A stretch of DNA of 64,000 nucleotides from Pseudothermotoga sp. (GCA_031962025.1 JAVRKW010000007.1); one strand, 5' to 3'; positions 8,075 to 18,533 are shown, counted from the first letter of the stretch. Notes: generated by a model not told the origin, from the sequence alone. Program-made: numbers and translations.

Positions 8075-9253
8075 TCAAACCAGATTCCATAGATTCATTG
8101 TCAGTGCAGAAAAAAGTGGTACAGAGATGTTATCATCCACAGAAAGCGGTAACATTTCACACAGCGTTGCCGCCGCGGCACCTGATATACCTACATAAAA
8201 ATTGATCAATCCAACGACACTTGTAAAATAAGCAATAAACACAGATACAGATAAATGAGCCAATGTCCCCTCGACGGTTTTATGAAATATTTTTCTTTTT
8301 CCGAAAGACATTCCTATTAATTTTGCAGACAGGTCACTCAATGAGAGCAAACTTATTGACAGGATAGAAATGTTCCTCTGGAAAAGGAAAAATGTTACCC
8401 ACACACCTATTAAAAACAAAGTCATTGAGGATATCTTTCTTTTTTCACCCTCTTTGTACAATTTGAATTTCATACTGGAGTGAAAGAATTTATTTGCTTT
8501 ATTACTCATTAGTCTGGTGATATCAGTTGACATGAAGATCAGTAAGACGATGCCCAACAAAAGCAAGAAATCCTGGCGTGGCATTATCAATGCAAGATAA
8601 TTCAAACTTATCGCCGCGGGTCTTATAAAGACTCTCCAAATGCGAACATCAGGTTTGAATTTGAACAATTCTTGTTCCACAGCATTTCTCAGATTTATGA
8701 GAAAAAGTATCCCGATGACTGTTAACGCAAACCATCCGTTTATTAGCCCAACTCTGATGTATATCAGCAGTGCCAGAGCCGGTAAGACGAATAATCCCAC
8801 TACGTCACCCTTTTTTGAAGTGTAAAAAATAATCAAAACAACAAATAGCAATGCAAATAAATCTGCAAGCAAAAATTTGAACGGTACCATTCGGGAGATT
8901 TTCCATAAATTGATGAACAATAAACCGATTGTTGTTGCTGCACCCTTACCACCACGGAATTGTAGATAAAATGGGAAAATATGCCCTATTACTGCACATA
9001 AACCACTCAGATACCCTACCCACAATGGGTTACCAAACAGGATAGAAAGCCATATAGCGATGACACCTTTTGAGAGATCATAAATAGCTGTTATAATCGC
9101 AGGAACAAGCCCTGCTGTTCTAAAAACATTTGTTGTACCTGCGTGAAAACTGCCAACAGTTCTTATATCGATCCCTACGATTGCTCTGGTTAAAAAATAT
9201 GCAGGTAGAAAACTACCAATGAGATATCCAGAAATCAGGGATAACCATATCAT
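8075..9253 (-). CDS. plsY: PlsY glycerol-3-phosphate acyltransferase fused to a CTP-dependent polyprenol/DAG kinase-like domain
   Basis: YLIGS..DIR..GS..AGTTNV.R, GHIFP..FRGGKG; C-terminal G..K(T)VEG...DDNISVP. Confidence 0.8.
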   Translation of the reverse strand: MIWLSLISGYLIGSFLPAYFLTRAIVGIDIRTVGSFHAGTTNVFRTAGLVPAIITAIYDLSKGVIAIWLSILFGNPLWVGYLSGLCAVIGHIFPFYLQFRGGKGAATTIGLLFINLWKISRMVPFKFLLADLFALLFVVLIIFYTSKKGDVVGLFVLPALALLIYIRVGLINGWFALTVIGILFLINLRNAVEQELFKFKPDVRIWRVFIRPAAISLNYLALIMPRQDFLLLLGIVLLIFMSTDITRLMSNKANKFFHSSMKFKLYKEGEKRKISSMTLFLIGVWVTFFLFQRNISILSISLLSLSDLSAKLIGMSFGKRKIFHKTVEGTLAHLSVSVFIAYFTSVVGLINFYVGISGAAAATLCEMLPLSVDDNISVPLFSALTMNLWNLV

Positions 9254-9408
9254 TTTTCTTTCACCTTAGAAAGTTTCACAGCGATGTACTGCTCATTTTT
9301 CTGCAAAATTGCATATCTGTTTTTCTTGTCAACAACTACTTCGACAAGCTCGTAGCCTTCTTTTATCTTTTTGTCAAGCTTTTTCTTGTCTGACTCGGTA
9401 TACTCCAT
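9250..9408 (-). CDS. 52-aa hypothetical protein, below the ORF-track cut-off
   Basis: MEYTESDKKK...KVKEK; SD GGGGTG; stop overlaps the plsY start (ATGA); fills the uxaC-plsY gap. Confidence 0.7.
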   Translation of the reverse strand: MEYTESDKKKLDKKIKEGYELVEVVVDKKNRYAILQKNEQYIAVKLSKVKEK

Positions 9409-9413
9409 GAAAT

Positions 9414-10790
9414 TCACCCCTTTTTTGAGAAAAACAGCTCTTTTGGTCTAAAATAGCAAAGTTCGCTGCAAAGTTCTAAAGCTTCTTTGATTGGAACCTG
9501 TCCTCTGTCCACCATTTCACCAACCACATCACATAAAACTCGTCTGAACATTTCGGTACGCGAACCATAAGACATGAGTTTACGTGAATCTGTGACCATC
9601 CCGGCAAAATTGCTCAACAGATCGACAGAAGCTATGTATTGCAACTGGAATCTCATTCCGAACGGGCTGTCATTGAACCACCACGGCGCACCCAAGAAAA
9701 CATTCTCAAAGGCTCGCGCTATGGTTGAAGCAACCGACAGATATGTCATGTCCATACAGTATAAGACTATCTTGAGTTTACCATCAAAAGCGTTGAAGAA
9801 TTCCTTCATTCCTCTCGCAATATCCACAAAACCGGCTGAAATGTCCCCACCGCTATCAGGACCAAGTGAGTCAAAAAGTTTCTTCCTGTAATCTCTGTAC
9901 GAACCTATGTGAAGTTGCATTGTCCAGTTTGTCTTTTCATTCATTTGTGCAAATTGATACATCATATAAGATTGAAAAATCACTAAATCTTCGTATGACA
10001 CGGTCTGCTTCATGGATCTGTCAAATATTTCACTTGCTTTTTGTTTACTGACAGGTTCCAGAAATGGGTCGAGCAAGGCGTGATCGCTGCAGACGCATCC
10101 TAATTTATCAAAATATTCATGGGTTTTCTCAAGGGCACTTAGAAAGTCATCGAGATTGGATATATCTGTATTTGTTGATGTTGAAAGCTTTTCAACATAA
10201 TTTTTCCAGTCTTTTGTATCTATTTTGCAGGCTCTGTCAGGTCTCCAGGTCGGCAGAATTTTGATACCTGATATTGTTTCACGAGCTAATTTGTGGTATT
10301 TCAGATCTGAAGTTGGATCATCTGTTGTGCACATTATCTCGACATTCATTTCTTTGAGTACATTTTGTGGTTTCATTCTATCTTCTCTTAATATTTGTTT
10401 TGATTTGTACCATATCGTTTCTGCGGTTTGCTTGGATATGATCTCATCTATTTTGAATCGTCTTTTCAGGTCAAGATGAATCCATTCGTATGTGGGATTA
10501 GCAACAAATTTTGGGAAAACCTCTGCTAAAGCAAGCCATTTTTCATAATTGGTGGCATTCCCTGTTATTTTGTCTTCAGTCACTCCCCTTCTCCTCATTA
10601 ATTCCCAGACGTAGTGATCTGTTGCAGCCTCAACCTCCCATATATCATTCCATCCTTTGTTTTCGACTATTTCTTTTACATCCCCATGGTTGTGAGCATC
10701 AACTATTGGTAGATCCTTCACTGCTTCATACAATTTCACAGCATTTTCATTGCTGAGCAAGTATCTTTCACCCAGAAAGTTCATTTTCAT
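9414..10790 (-). CDS. uxaC: Glucuronate (uronate) isomerase
   Basis: PIVDAHNH, DHYVW, CTTDDP, PTWRPD, WWFND, TDSR motifs. Confidence 0.95.
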   Translation of the reverse strand: MKMNFLGERYLLSNENAVKLYEAVKDLPIVDAHNHGDVKEIVENKGWNDIWEVEAATDHYVWELMRRRGVTEDKITGNATNYEKWLALAEVFPKFVANPTYEWIHLDLKRRFKIDEIISKQTAETIWYKSKQILREDRMKPQNVLKEMNVEIMCTTDDPTSDLKYHKLARETISGIKILPTWRPDRACKIDTKDWKNYVEKLSTSTNTDISNLDDFLSALEKTHEYFDKLGCVCSDHALLDPFLEPVSKQKASEIFDRSMKQTVSYEDLVIFQSYMMYQFAQMNEKTNWTMQLHIGSYRDYRKKLFDSLGPDSGGDISAGFVDIARGMKEFFNAFDGKLKIVLYCMDMTYLSVASTIARAFENVFLGAPWWFNDSPFGMRFQLQYIASVDLLSNFAGMVTDSRKLMSYGSRTEMFRRVLCDVVGEMVDRGQVPIKEALELCSELCYFRPKELFFSKKG

Positions 10791-11866
10791 TCCCCCCGTA
10801 TATAGACTTTTTCGACATGGGGACAAGTCATAGCCCTCAATAAAGCACCATAGCTCAATCTAAATCTCATGGTATCGCCAACATCAATCTTTCTTTCTAA
10901 ATCTGTGACATCAACTATGGTGTGATCGCTCGATGCATGTATCACCTCAGCACCACTGTCCAGTGGTTTCAAACCTGCTGGAATAATATCCTGCTCGCCA
11001 AGCGCAAGTATAGCGCGTTTGCGTTTGCCTCTATCGACAAAAATGGGCTTTCTTCCAAAGGCATCATGACCGGTTTCTCCTTCAGGAAAAGAAGGTTTTG
11101 TCTTTACCTCGATTACCTGTGCTTCTAAAATAATCGCATCCTGTCTTAACCAGTTGATCTGTCGGTTGTTTGTCACATCGGTTCCAAGAAATATTGCTTC
11201 TCCGACTCTGTATTGATTGACACCTGAAGGTAGTTCTCCGCTTTCAAGTAATTTGAGAGCAGCAGTGTTTCCACCAGACACAACAGATAATTTGCATGAA
11301 GTCCTTTTTTCGACCATATTTTTAATCTCAACAAGTTTCCCCAAGTTTTTATTGGACGGTAGTACACCACCATAGCACCCTAAATTCGTTCCGACACCTG
11401 TAATCCGTGCTTTTTTCAACATCTTCACGGCTTGAATAATCTCTTCGACAGCGTTTTCGTACCACACACCTTCTCTCAGATCACCAACATCTACCATGTA
11501 TATGAGATTGACAGACCTGCCGGTGTTCTCGCAAATTTCCTCAATTACTTTCACAGTTTTTAACTCGGATACAAGGATATGATCACACAGACTCACAATT
11601 TCTTCAAGCTGGCTGATGGCTGGTATTCTCAGCATCATGAAAGGTTTGTCAATACCTGATTTGATCATCCTTTTGATATTCTCAACTCTTGATTCGCCTA
11701 TGATATTCACACCTGCGTTTTTCATACACTGGGCAATCTGCGGATCTCCTAAGCTGACTTTTGTCACACCTACAAGTTCCACACCGTGTTTTGAACACAG
11801 CGAGAGAATATCCTTTGTGTTCTTTTCAAGTAAGTTCAGGTTTATATATATCCTGGACATGAGCAA
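10787..11866 (-). CDS. Alanine/ornithine racemase family PLP enzyme (Orr/YhfX-like)
   Basis: GVTK, GDLREG, GTNLGC, SGGNT, SSDH. Confidence 0.85.
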   Translation of the reverse strand: MLMSRIYINLNLLEKNTKDILSLCSKHGVELVGVTKVSLGDPQIAQCMKNAGVNIIGESRVENIKRMIKSGIDKPFMMLRIPAISQLEEIVSLCDHILVSELKTVKVIEEICENTGRSVNLIYMVDVGDLREGVWYENAVEEIIQAVKMLKKARITGVGTNLGCYGGVLPSNKNLGKLVEIKNMVEKRTSCKLSVVSGGNTAALKLLESGELPSGVNQYRVGEAIFLGTDVTNNRQINWLRQDAIILEAQVIEVKTKPSFPEGETGHDAFGRKPIFVDRGKRKRAILALGEQDIIPAGLKPLDSGAEVIHASSDHTIVDVTDLERKIDVGDTMRFRLSYGALLRAMTCPHVEKVYIRGE

Positions 11867-11870
11867 CCTC

Positions 11871-12761
11871 CTATTCTATGTCGTCTTTCATTCCGATTTC
11901 ATTCAATATTATGAAATCCTTATCTCTCCAATTTTTCTTCACCTTGACGTGAAGATCAAGGTAAACTTTTGAACCCAAGATCGATTCTATCTCTATTCTG
12001 GAAAGAGTTCCTATTTGTTTGAGCATATTTGCATTTTTACCTATGATTATTCCTTTTTGGGAATCTCTTTCTACATAGATGGTCGCTGCTATGTACAGTA
12101 AATCATCCTGGCGCTTTTCCATACTGTCCACTATGACAGCTACACAATGCGGTATCTCTTCTCTTGTAAGTAAAAGTATCTTTTCTCTTATTATCTCTGC
12201 AATTTGAAATGAAATTGGACGATCAGTTACCATATCCTGAGGAAAGTACATGGGACCTTCGGGCATCTCATTTTTGATGGCTTCAAATAGATTTTCAATA
12301 CCTTCATTTTTGACTACACTGGTGAAGAAAACCTTTGAAAGACAACTGCATTCACTCATACTCGTTTTTGCTACAAGCTCATAATCACTTGAAAGATCTA
12401 TTTTGTTGACGACCAGAAAAGTTCTGGTCCTGGAAAGTTTGACCAGTTCGCATATTCTTTTTTCTGGTTCACCAAAGCCCTTGGTTGCATCTACAACGAA
12501 TAATATAAGGTCAACGCCTTTCATTGCCTGAACAGCGGCTTTCACCATGAACTCTCCAAGTCTGTGCATTGGTTTGTGTATACCTGGTGTGTCTGTGAAG
12601 ATTATCTGGTGTTCTTTGTCTGTGTAAATACATCTGATTTTGTTGCGTGTGGTCTGCGGTTTTTCTGAAACGATGAGCACTTTTTTACCAAAAAAGGCAT
12701 TTACAAGACTTGATTTACCAACGTTTGGTCTACCTACAAGTGTGACAAAACCAGACTTCAA
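11871..12761 (-). CDS. era: GTPase Era
   Basis: [22 protein letters not shown] domain IIIGK. Confidence 0.97.
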   Translation of the reverse strand: MKSGFVTLVGRPNVGKSSLVNAFFGKKVLIVSEKPQTTRNKIRCIYTDKEHQIIFTDTPGIHKPMHRLGEFMVKAAVQAMKGVDLILFVVDATKGFGEPEKRICELVKLSRTRTFLVVNKIDLSSDYELVAKTSMSECSCLSKVFFTSVVKNEGIENLFEAIKNEMPEGPMYFPQDMVTDRPISFQIAEIIREKILLLTREEIPHCVAVIVDSMEKRQDDLLYIAATIYVERDSQKGIIIGKNANMLKQIGTLSRIEIESILGSKVYLDLHVKVKKNWRDKDFIILNEIGMKDDIE

Positions 12762-12767
12762 ACCATT

Positions 12768-13160
12768 TCACCTCTTTAACTTGAAAGCGTATGGCAATAG
12801 CTCACTGACTGTGGTTGATATGTATTTTCCCTTCAGATTTGTTAAAATCACCTGGAAATCCCCAAACTCACTCATTACCTGTCTGCATGCACCGCATGGG
12901 CTGACAGGTTCAGGAGTGTCTGCCACAACGACGAGTTTCTCTATTTCTCTTTCACCTGCGGCTATAGCTGAAAAGATCGCAACTCTTTCGGCACATACAG
13001 TTAACCCGTAAGACGAGTTTTCGATGTTGCATCCTGTGAAAATCTTTCCGTTTTTTGTGACAACAACGGCTCCGACGCGAAAACCTGAATAAGGCGAATA
13101 GGCTTTATTCATCGATTCTATTGCCATTTTGATCAATTCTTCATTCTTCAGCAAGATCAC
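12768..13160 (-). CDS. cdd: Cytidine deaminase
   Basis: AYSPYS, NIEN, CAER, PCGACRQ. Confidence 0.95.
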   Translation of the reverse strand: MILLKNEELIKMAIESMNKAYSPYSGFRVGAVVVTKNGKIFTGCNIENSSYGLTVCAERVAIFSAIAAGEREIEKLVVVADTPEPVSPCGACRQVMSEFGDFQVILTNLKGKYISTTVSELLPYAFKLKR

Positions 13161-14427
13161 CCCTTTTGATAGTCATCAGCACACGCTCGATTCTGTTTTT
13201 GGTTGCTGCAACAACTCTGAAGTGAAATTGACCGATATCTATTTCTTCGCCAACTGAAGGTATTCTCTGAAACAGTTCCAGAAGATATCCAGCCAAGGTT
13301 TCGTGTTCTGTTTCCTCAAAGTGGATGTTTAATTCACGCTCAAGATCATTTATGGGCGTTGTGGCATTTATCAAATAGCTGTTCTCACTGACCTTTTTGA
13401 TTCCACTGATTTCATCATAGTCATACTCATCCATTATCTCACCGATCAATTCCTCTAAGATATCCTCTAAAGTTACAATGCCTGCCGTTCCCCCAAATTC
13501 ATCGACAACTATAGCTATGTGTATCTTTTTCTCTTTGAAAATCTTCAACAGTGTACCAACCCTCATTGTTTCAGGAACAAATATGGGCTCTCTCATGATT
13601 TCCTTTACTTTTTTCTCACCGAGCTCTTGTGCACCATTTTGTTGAATGTATCCGACTACGTCCTTTGCATAGCAAACACCAGTGATGTTGTCTATGTCTT
13701 CTCGATAAACCGGTATTCTGGAATAGCCCTCGCGATTGACAACTTCCATGAGCTCCAGTAGCGATGTGTTTTCTTCCACTGCAACGACATCAACTCGTGG
13801 AGTCATGATTTCTTTGATGGTTGTTTCATTCATCTGAAAAGTTCTTTCAACGATCATACCTTCCTGGTGGTCTATCGTTCCACCTTCTTTTCCAAGATTA
13901 ACAGCTTCGATGATATCTTCAGAGGTAATAAAAGGAGCGTCTTCCATGGCTTGACCACCAAAGATCTTGACTATTTTATTGCTCAAAAAAAGCAGCAACT
14001 TGATCACGGGGCTGAGCAATCTCTCAAAAAACACTATGAATTTTTCTGTCAGGCTGTAAACTTTCTCTGAATATTCACGCGCATAAATCTTTGGTGTGAT
14101 TTCTCCGAATATTAAAACTACCGTTGTTGTAAAAATCGTGCCAAGCAAGGCAATTGCTCCGCTGTTCATATTTTTGAACAATCGCACAAGAAGAAGCGTG
14201 GCAATAGAAGAAAGCAGAAGATTGACAAAATTGTTCATGACCAGAGTTGCTGTTAAAAGCCGATTAACTCTGTGAATACCCTCCTTTTCGTCCCTTTTCA
14301 GGAGTTTAAATCTACTCACCGAAGTGAGAGCCGTTTCAGATGCCGAAAACATCGCAGAGAATATTAACAAGATCAGGATGAACAACAGATACAGAAAAAC
14401 CGAGACACTACTCGCTGGATCATCCAC
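13141..14427 (-). CDS. CNNM/CorC (hemolysin family) DUF21-CBS transporter
   Basis: FSASETA, GEITPK, YSRIPVY, VDEFGG..GIVTLED. Confidence 0.92.
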   Translation of the reverse strand: MDDPASSVSVFLYLLFILILLIFSAMFSASETALTSVSRFKLLKRDEKEGIHRVNRLLTATLVMNNFVNLLLSSIATLLLVRLFKNMNSGAIALLGTIFTTTVVLIFGEITPKIYAREYSEKVYSLTEKFIVFFERLLSPVIKLLLFLSNKIVKIFGGQAMEDAPFITSEDIIEAVNLGKEGGTIDHQEGMIVERTFQMNETTIKEIMTPRVDVVAVEENTSLLELMEVVNREGYSRIPVYREDIDNITGVCYAKDVVGYIQQNGAQELGEKKVKEIMREPIFVPETMRVGTLLKIFKEKKIHIAIVVDEFGGTAGIVTLEDILEELIGEIMDEYDYDEISGIKKVSENSYLINATTPINDLERELNIHFEETEHETLAGYLLELFQRIPSVGEEIDIGQFHFRVVAATKNRIERVLMTIKRGDLAEE

Positions 14428-14442
14428 TTAGATCTCACCTCC

Positions 14443-14901
14443 TCAATAATGATACCTTTGACCGTGGATGATCTTAAAAGCCCTAAAAAGCTGTTCAAAC
14501 AGCACAACAACTGCAAGTTGATGGGTGAAAGTCATTTTTGAAAGAGAAAGCAGTTCATTTGCTCTTTTTTTCAGAGTGCTGTCAACACCGAAAGGTCCTC
14601 CAACGACAAAGACTATCGACGATGTTTTCAACATCAATTGAGATAGATGTTTTGCAAAAGAAACTGAATCGAGATTTTCTCCACTCTGGTCCAGTAAAAC
14701 TACATAATCTGATTCCTTCACACGAGATAGTACCTCCTGTGCTTCCTGTTTCAGGGCAATTTCATTGAATTGTGTCGCTTTAGCGTGTTTCAATTGCAAA
14801 AGTTCTACTTGTGTGAAAGGTCTTAACATTTTCATATATTCGCTGCACGCCTTATATGCATAGTCCTTGAGTTTGCCTACCACTATAACTTCAATTTTCA
14901 A
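14443..14901 (-). CDS. rlmH: 23S rRNA pseudouridine-1915 methyltransferase
   Basis: VGK, GGPFG, LSKMTFTHQ, EQLFRA..I...YH. Confidence 0.95.
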   Translation of the reverse strand: MKIEVIVVGKLKDYAYKACSEYMKMLRPFTQVELLQLKHAKATQFNEIALKQEAQEVLSRVKESDYVVLLDQSGENLDSVSFAKHLSQLMLKTSSIVFVVGGPFGVDSTLKKRANELLSLSKMTFTHQLAVVVLFEQLFRAFKIIHGQRYHY

Positions 14902-16087
14902 AGATCTGACCCCTTTTCACAGTATACTCCGGAATTATTCCCACAAAATACGTTATAGTTTCAAGATCTGCGTCTTTGTAAATCACAAAATCGGCGTCCT
15001 TACCAACTTCGATGGTTCCCAACCTGTCTGCTACACCAAGTACACAGGCAGAATTGAGCGTATAAGCAGTGAGAACTTCCCAAGGTGACATTCCAAGAGA
15101 TCTCACAGCTATATTCATGACAAGTGATGGTTCAAGTACAGGGCTTGACCCGGGGTTAAAATCACTCGCCAGAGCCACAATTGCTCCACTGTCTATCAGT
15201 TTTCTGGCTGGAGCATAAACTTCACCCAAGTAAAAACTCGTGGTTGGCATCAAAACAGCTATTGTGTTGCTCTGAGAAAGAATTTCAATGTCTTCATCAT
15301 CGAGCTTCAGCAAATGATCAGCAGAGACTGCATTCAACTGGATTGCGAGCTTCACTGCGCCTATGTTAGACAGCTCGTTTGCATGAATACGGATTTTGAA
15401 CCCATTTTCTTTGGCTGCCTTGAGATATCTTTCTGTGTTGTATATATCAAAAGCACCGACATCACAAAAAACATCAACAAAATCACATCTGGTTTTTACA
15501 AGATCAAACATTTTTATCAAATAATCGACATAATCTTGCTGGTTGAAATCTATAGCAACAGCATGGGCACCCATGAAAGTCGGAATTATATCAACTGGTG
15601 ATATCTTTTTGAGGATTTCCATTACTTTGAGCTGTTTGAGTTCGTTTTCTTCGTCAAGTCCATATCCAGTTTTACATTCTATGGTTGTCACACCTTTTCT
15701 GAGAAAATATTTGACAAATCGAAAATTAAAACGAACAAGTTCGCTGATCTCTGCCTTTCTGAGTTTTGAAACAGATTCGTAAATTCCTCCTTTAGAGTTG
15801 TGTATCTGTGAATAGGACAAACCGGAAACTCTTTTCAAGAAGTCTTTTTCTCTGTAACCGTAAAATGGAACATGTGTGTGACAATCCACAAAACCCGGAA
15901 CGACAAGATCTGCTTGTAGAAAAAATGCAGTTGATCGAGGTTCGTGATCTGAAAGATCTACTATCTTACCATCTTCAACATGTATAAACACATTCTCATA
16001 CTTTTCAACCTCAGACATCTGAGAACCTCTTTTAGGACTGTTCCCAATTGGTGTGTACAACCTTTTTGCATGCACAACCATCTGCAT
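14891..16087 (-). CDS. hutI: Imidazolonepropionase
   Basis: PGFVDCHTH, ECKTGYGL, DVFCD, SADHL, DFNPG. Confidence 0.93.
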   Translation of the reverse strand: MQMVVHAKRLYTPIGNSPKRGSQMSEVEKYENVFIHVEDGKIVDLSDHEPRSTAFFLQADLVVPGFVDCHTHVPFYGYREKDFLKRVSGLSYSQIHNSKGGIYESVSKLRKAEISELVRFNFRFVKYFLRKGVTTIECKTGYGLDEENELKQLKVMEILKKISPVDIIPTFMGAHAVAIDFNQQDYVDYLIKMFDLVKTRCDFVDVFCDVGAFDIYNTERYLKAAKENGFKIRIHANELSNIGAVKLAIQLNAVSADHLLKLDDEDIEILSQSNTIAVLMPTTSFYLGEVYAPARKLIDSGAIVALASDFNPGSSPVLEPSLVMNIAVRSLGMSPWEVLTAYTLNSACVLGVADRLGTIEVGKDADFVIYKDADLETITYFVGIIPEYTVKRGQIFEN

Positions 16088-17007
16088 TATTTCTGGGCAC
16101 CTTCTTTTGCCAAGATCTCCATGACGCGATTTTCGATAATTCTGTTGATTCCAAAGTCATCCAGTTGTAGATAATACTGCGCGACTTCGAGCATCGCCTG
16201 CATCGGAACCATGCCTATTATCTCTGTTCCAACTACTGGTACACCGTATCTTTCGGCTTCTCTTTTGATAGTTTCAAATACTCTGAACAGAGGACTTTTC
16301 TTGTAGTTGGTCATGTTCATAGAAACCTGCACCAGATTTTTATCTTTCAATTCCACAGCTATTGCCTTTACATAACGATATCCACCACTTATGTGTCTAA
16401 CGGCTTTAGCGATTTTTTCAGCTATGTCTATTCTGGTTGTTCCCAGATTCACGTTGAAAGCTATCAGGTATTCTCTTGCACCTACGGCTGTAACACCAGC
16501 AGTTGGATGTACCTGATCCGGTCCAAAGTCCGGTTTCCACATGGGTTGTTTTATTTTTTCAAAAAACCCTTCAAACTCACCTTTCCTTATCTCTGAAAGA
16601 TTTTCCCTGTGTGGTGCTGTTGCTGATTTTTCGTATAAAAAGACTGGTATCTGCAACTCTTCACCTATCCTCTTTGCCAGGATTTTGGACAACTCAACGC
16701 ACTCAGACATCTCTGCCCCCATAACAGGCACTAAGGGTATGACATCGGTTGCTCCCATTCTTGGATGTTCTCCTTTGTGGTTTCTCATATCTATCAATTC
16801 TGTAGCCTTCTTTGTCATGTTGAAAAGAACGTTCAACAGAGGTTCAGGATCGCCCACGAGTGTGACGACTGATCTGTTGTGGTCGCTGTCCATCGACCAG
16901 TCAAGAACCCAAACACCCTTTACGTTTTCCGCCTGAGCAACTATCTCCCTGACGATCTCTTCACGTCTGCCCTCACTGAAATTCGGTGCTGACTCTATTA
17001 TTTTCAC
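16087..17007 (-). CDS. ftcD: Glutamate formiminotransferase
   Basis: PNFSEGR, DHNRSV, HPRMGATDV; start at the GTG after SD GGAGG. Confidence 0.93.
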   Translation of the reverse strand: MKIIESAPNFSEGRREEIVREIVAQAENVKGVWVLDWSMDSDHNRSVVTLVGDPEPLLNVLFNMTKKATELIDMRNHKGEHPRMGATDVIPLVPVMGAEMSECVELSKILAKRIGEELQIPVFLYEKSATAPHRENLSEIRKGEFEGFFEKIKQPMWKPDFGPDQVHPTAGVTAVGAREYLIAFNVNLGTTRIDIAEKIAKAVRHISGGYRYVKAIAVELKDKNLVQVSMNMTNYKKSPLFRVFETIKREAERYGVPVVGTEIIGMVPMQAMLEVAQYYLQLDDFGINRIIENRVMEILAKEGAQK

Positions 17008-17067
17008 ATGACCACCTCCTGTTTTCACATGTTGATTATATCATCTGTGATTTGATAGATTCGATAC

Positions 17068-17104
17068 TTGATTTCGAATGTTAATTTGACTATAATTATG
17101 GTCA
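17068..17104 (+). promoter_or_regulatory. Sigma70-type promoter with an overlapping palindromic operator
   Basis: TTGATT-17 bp-TATAAT; palindrome TGACTATAATTATGGTCA (17087-17104, 16/18) covers the -10. Confidence 0.75.
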
Positions 17105-17116
17105 GGAGGTTTTGTT

Positions 17117-17383
17117 GTGCCAAAAAACAACGAGACATTCTACAGCCTGGCACAGGCAAAAGCAAAATTGTCTGAGGTTGTCAAAAAAGCACGTAAAAGT
17201 GATGTTCTGATAACAAAAAACGGCACACCGTGTGTTGTGATAATCGATTATCAGAAATATAAAAAGATGTCGAAGTTAATCGATGATCTGTACGATTTGT
17301 ACCTGCTTGAAATAGGTGATCCATCGCGGTTTGGTGAAATAGATAAGCAGCAATTAATTGAGGAAGATATTGAGGAGGTGTAA
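17117..17383 (+). CDS. Phd/YefM family antitoxin-like protein (no adjacent toxin)
   Basis: YSLAQAKAKLSEVV...VLITKNGTPCVVII; acidic C-terminus. Confidence 0.85.
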   Translation: MPKNNETFYSLAQAKAKLSEVVKKARKSDVLITKNGTPCVVIIDYQKYKKMSKLIDDLYDLYLLEIGDPSRFGEIDKQQLIEEDIEEV

Positions 17384-18489
17384 TGATGGCACAGGTAGAT
17401 CTTGAGAAAGTCACAAAAGTGTACGAGAACAAAGTAGTTGCTGTGAAAGAGGCAACTTTCACAATCAACGACAAGGAGTTTGTAGTACTGCTTGGACCTT
17501 CAGGATGCGGGAAGACCACAACTCTCAGAATGATCGCAGGTCTTGAGGAAATCACATCAGGTACGATCAGAATCGATGGGAAAGTCGTCAACGATGTCGA
17601 GCCAAAGGATAGGGACATTGCGATGGTTTTTCAGAACTACGCACTTTATCCGCACATGACCGTTTATGAAAACATGGCTTTTGGTTTGAAGCTGAGGAAG
17701 TTCCCCAAAGCGGAGATCGATAAGAGGGTTAGAGAAGCTGCAAAGATACTCGGTATTGAAGAGTTGCTCGATCGTAAGCCGAGACAGCTCTCAGGCGGTC
17801 AAAGACAGCGTGTTGCAGTGGGAAGGGCAATTGTTAGAAATCCAAAGGTTTTCCTGTTTGACGAGCCTCTGTCCAACTTAGATGCCAAGCTGAGAGTGCA
17901 GATGAGAAGTGAATTGAAAAAATTGCACCATCGTCTTGAAGCAACGATAGTCTATGTCACACACGATCAGGTTGAAGCTATGACAATGGCTGATAAAATC
18001 GTTGTTATGAAAGATGGTGTCATACAACAGATAGGCTCGCCTTATGAAATATACAACAAACCTTCTAACATGTTCGTCGCCGGATTCATAGGAAGCCCTG
18101 CTATGAACTTTGTCGATGCCACTTTGGTAGCTGAACACGGTGGAATATGGGTGAAGACCTCTGGTTTCAAAGTAAAAGTCGTCAAGGAACACGAATCAAC
18201 GCTTGAAAAATGGATAGAAAAACAGGTTGTGTTCGGGATAAGACCGGAGAACATTTTTGATAAGCTATTTGCACTGGCTCCACAGCCAGAGAATACCATC
18301 CAGGGAATCGTTGATGTGGTAGAACCTCTTGGCAGTGAAACCCTGTTGCATGTCACCGCTGGTAGTAATTCTATAGTTGCCCGCGTTGATCCAAGAACAA
18401 AGGCTAAGGAAGGAGAAAAGATCGATCTGGTCTTGGATATGAACACGATACACATCTTTGACAAAGAAACACAACAGGCAATAATATAA
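17383..18489 (+). CDS. Sugar ABC transporter ATPase, MsmK/MalK/UgpC type
   Basis: GPSGCGKT, FQNYALYPH, LSGGQRQR, TOBE domain. Confidence 0.95.
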   Translation: MMAQVDLEKVTKVYENKVVAVKEATFTINDKEFVVLLGPSGCGKTTTLRMIAGLEEITSGTIRIDGKVVNDVEPKDRDIAMVFQNYALYPHMTVYENMAFGLKLRKFPKAEIDKRVREAAKILGIEELLDRKPRQLSGGQRQRVAVGRAIVRNPKVFLFDEPLSNLDAKLRVQMRSELKKLHHRLEATIVYVTHDQVEAMTMADKIVVMKDGVIQQIGSPYEIYNKPSNMFVAGFIGSPAMNFVDATLVAEHGGIWVKTSGFKVKVVKEHESTLEKWIEKQVVFGIRPENIFDKLFALAPQPENTIQGIVDVVEPLGSETLLHVTAGSNSIVARVDPRTKAKEGEKIDLVLDMNTIHIFDKETQQAII

Positions 18490-18505
18490 AGCGGTCTTTA
18501 CAACT

Positions 18506-18533
18506 ATTGGGGGCTTTTGCCCCCAATTTTTTT
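18506..18533 (+). terminator. Intrinsic terminator
   Basis: ATTGGGGGC-TTTT-GCCCCCAAT followed by a T run. Confidence 0.85.

Noticed and set aside
7772..8090. 68-aa ORF and AT-rich inverted repeats between convergent genes
   Set aside because: No recognisable homology; low-complexity sequence explains the pairing.
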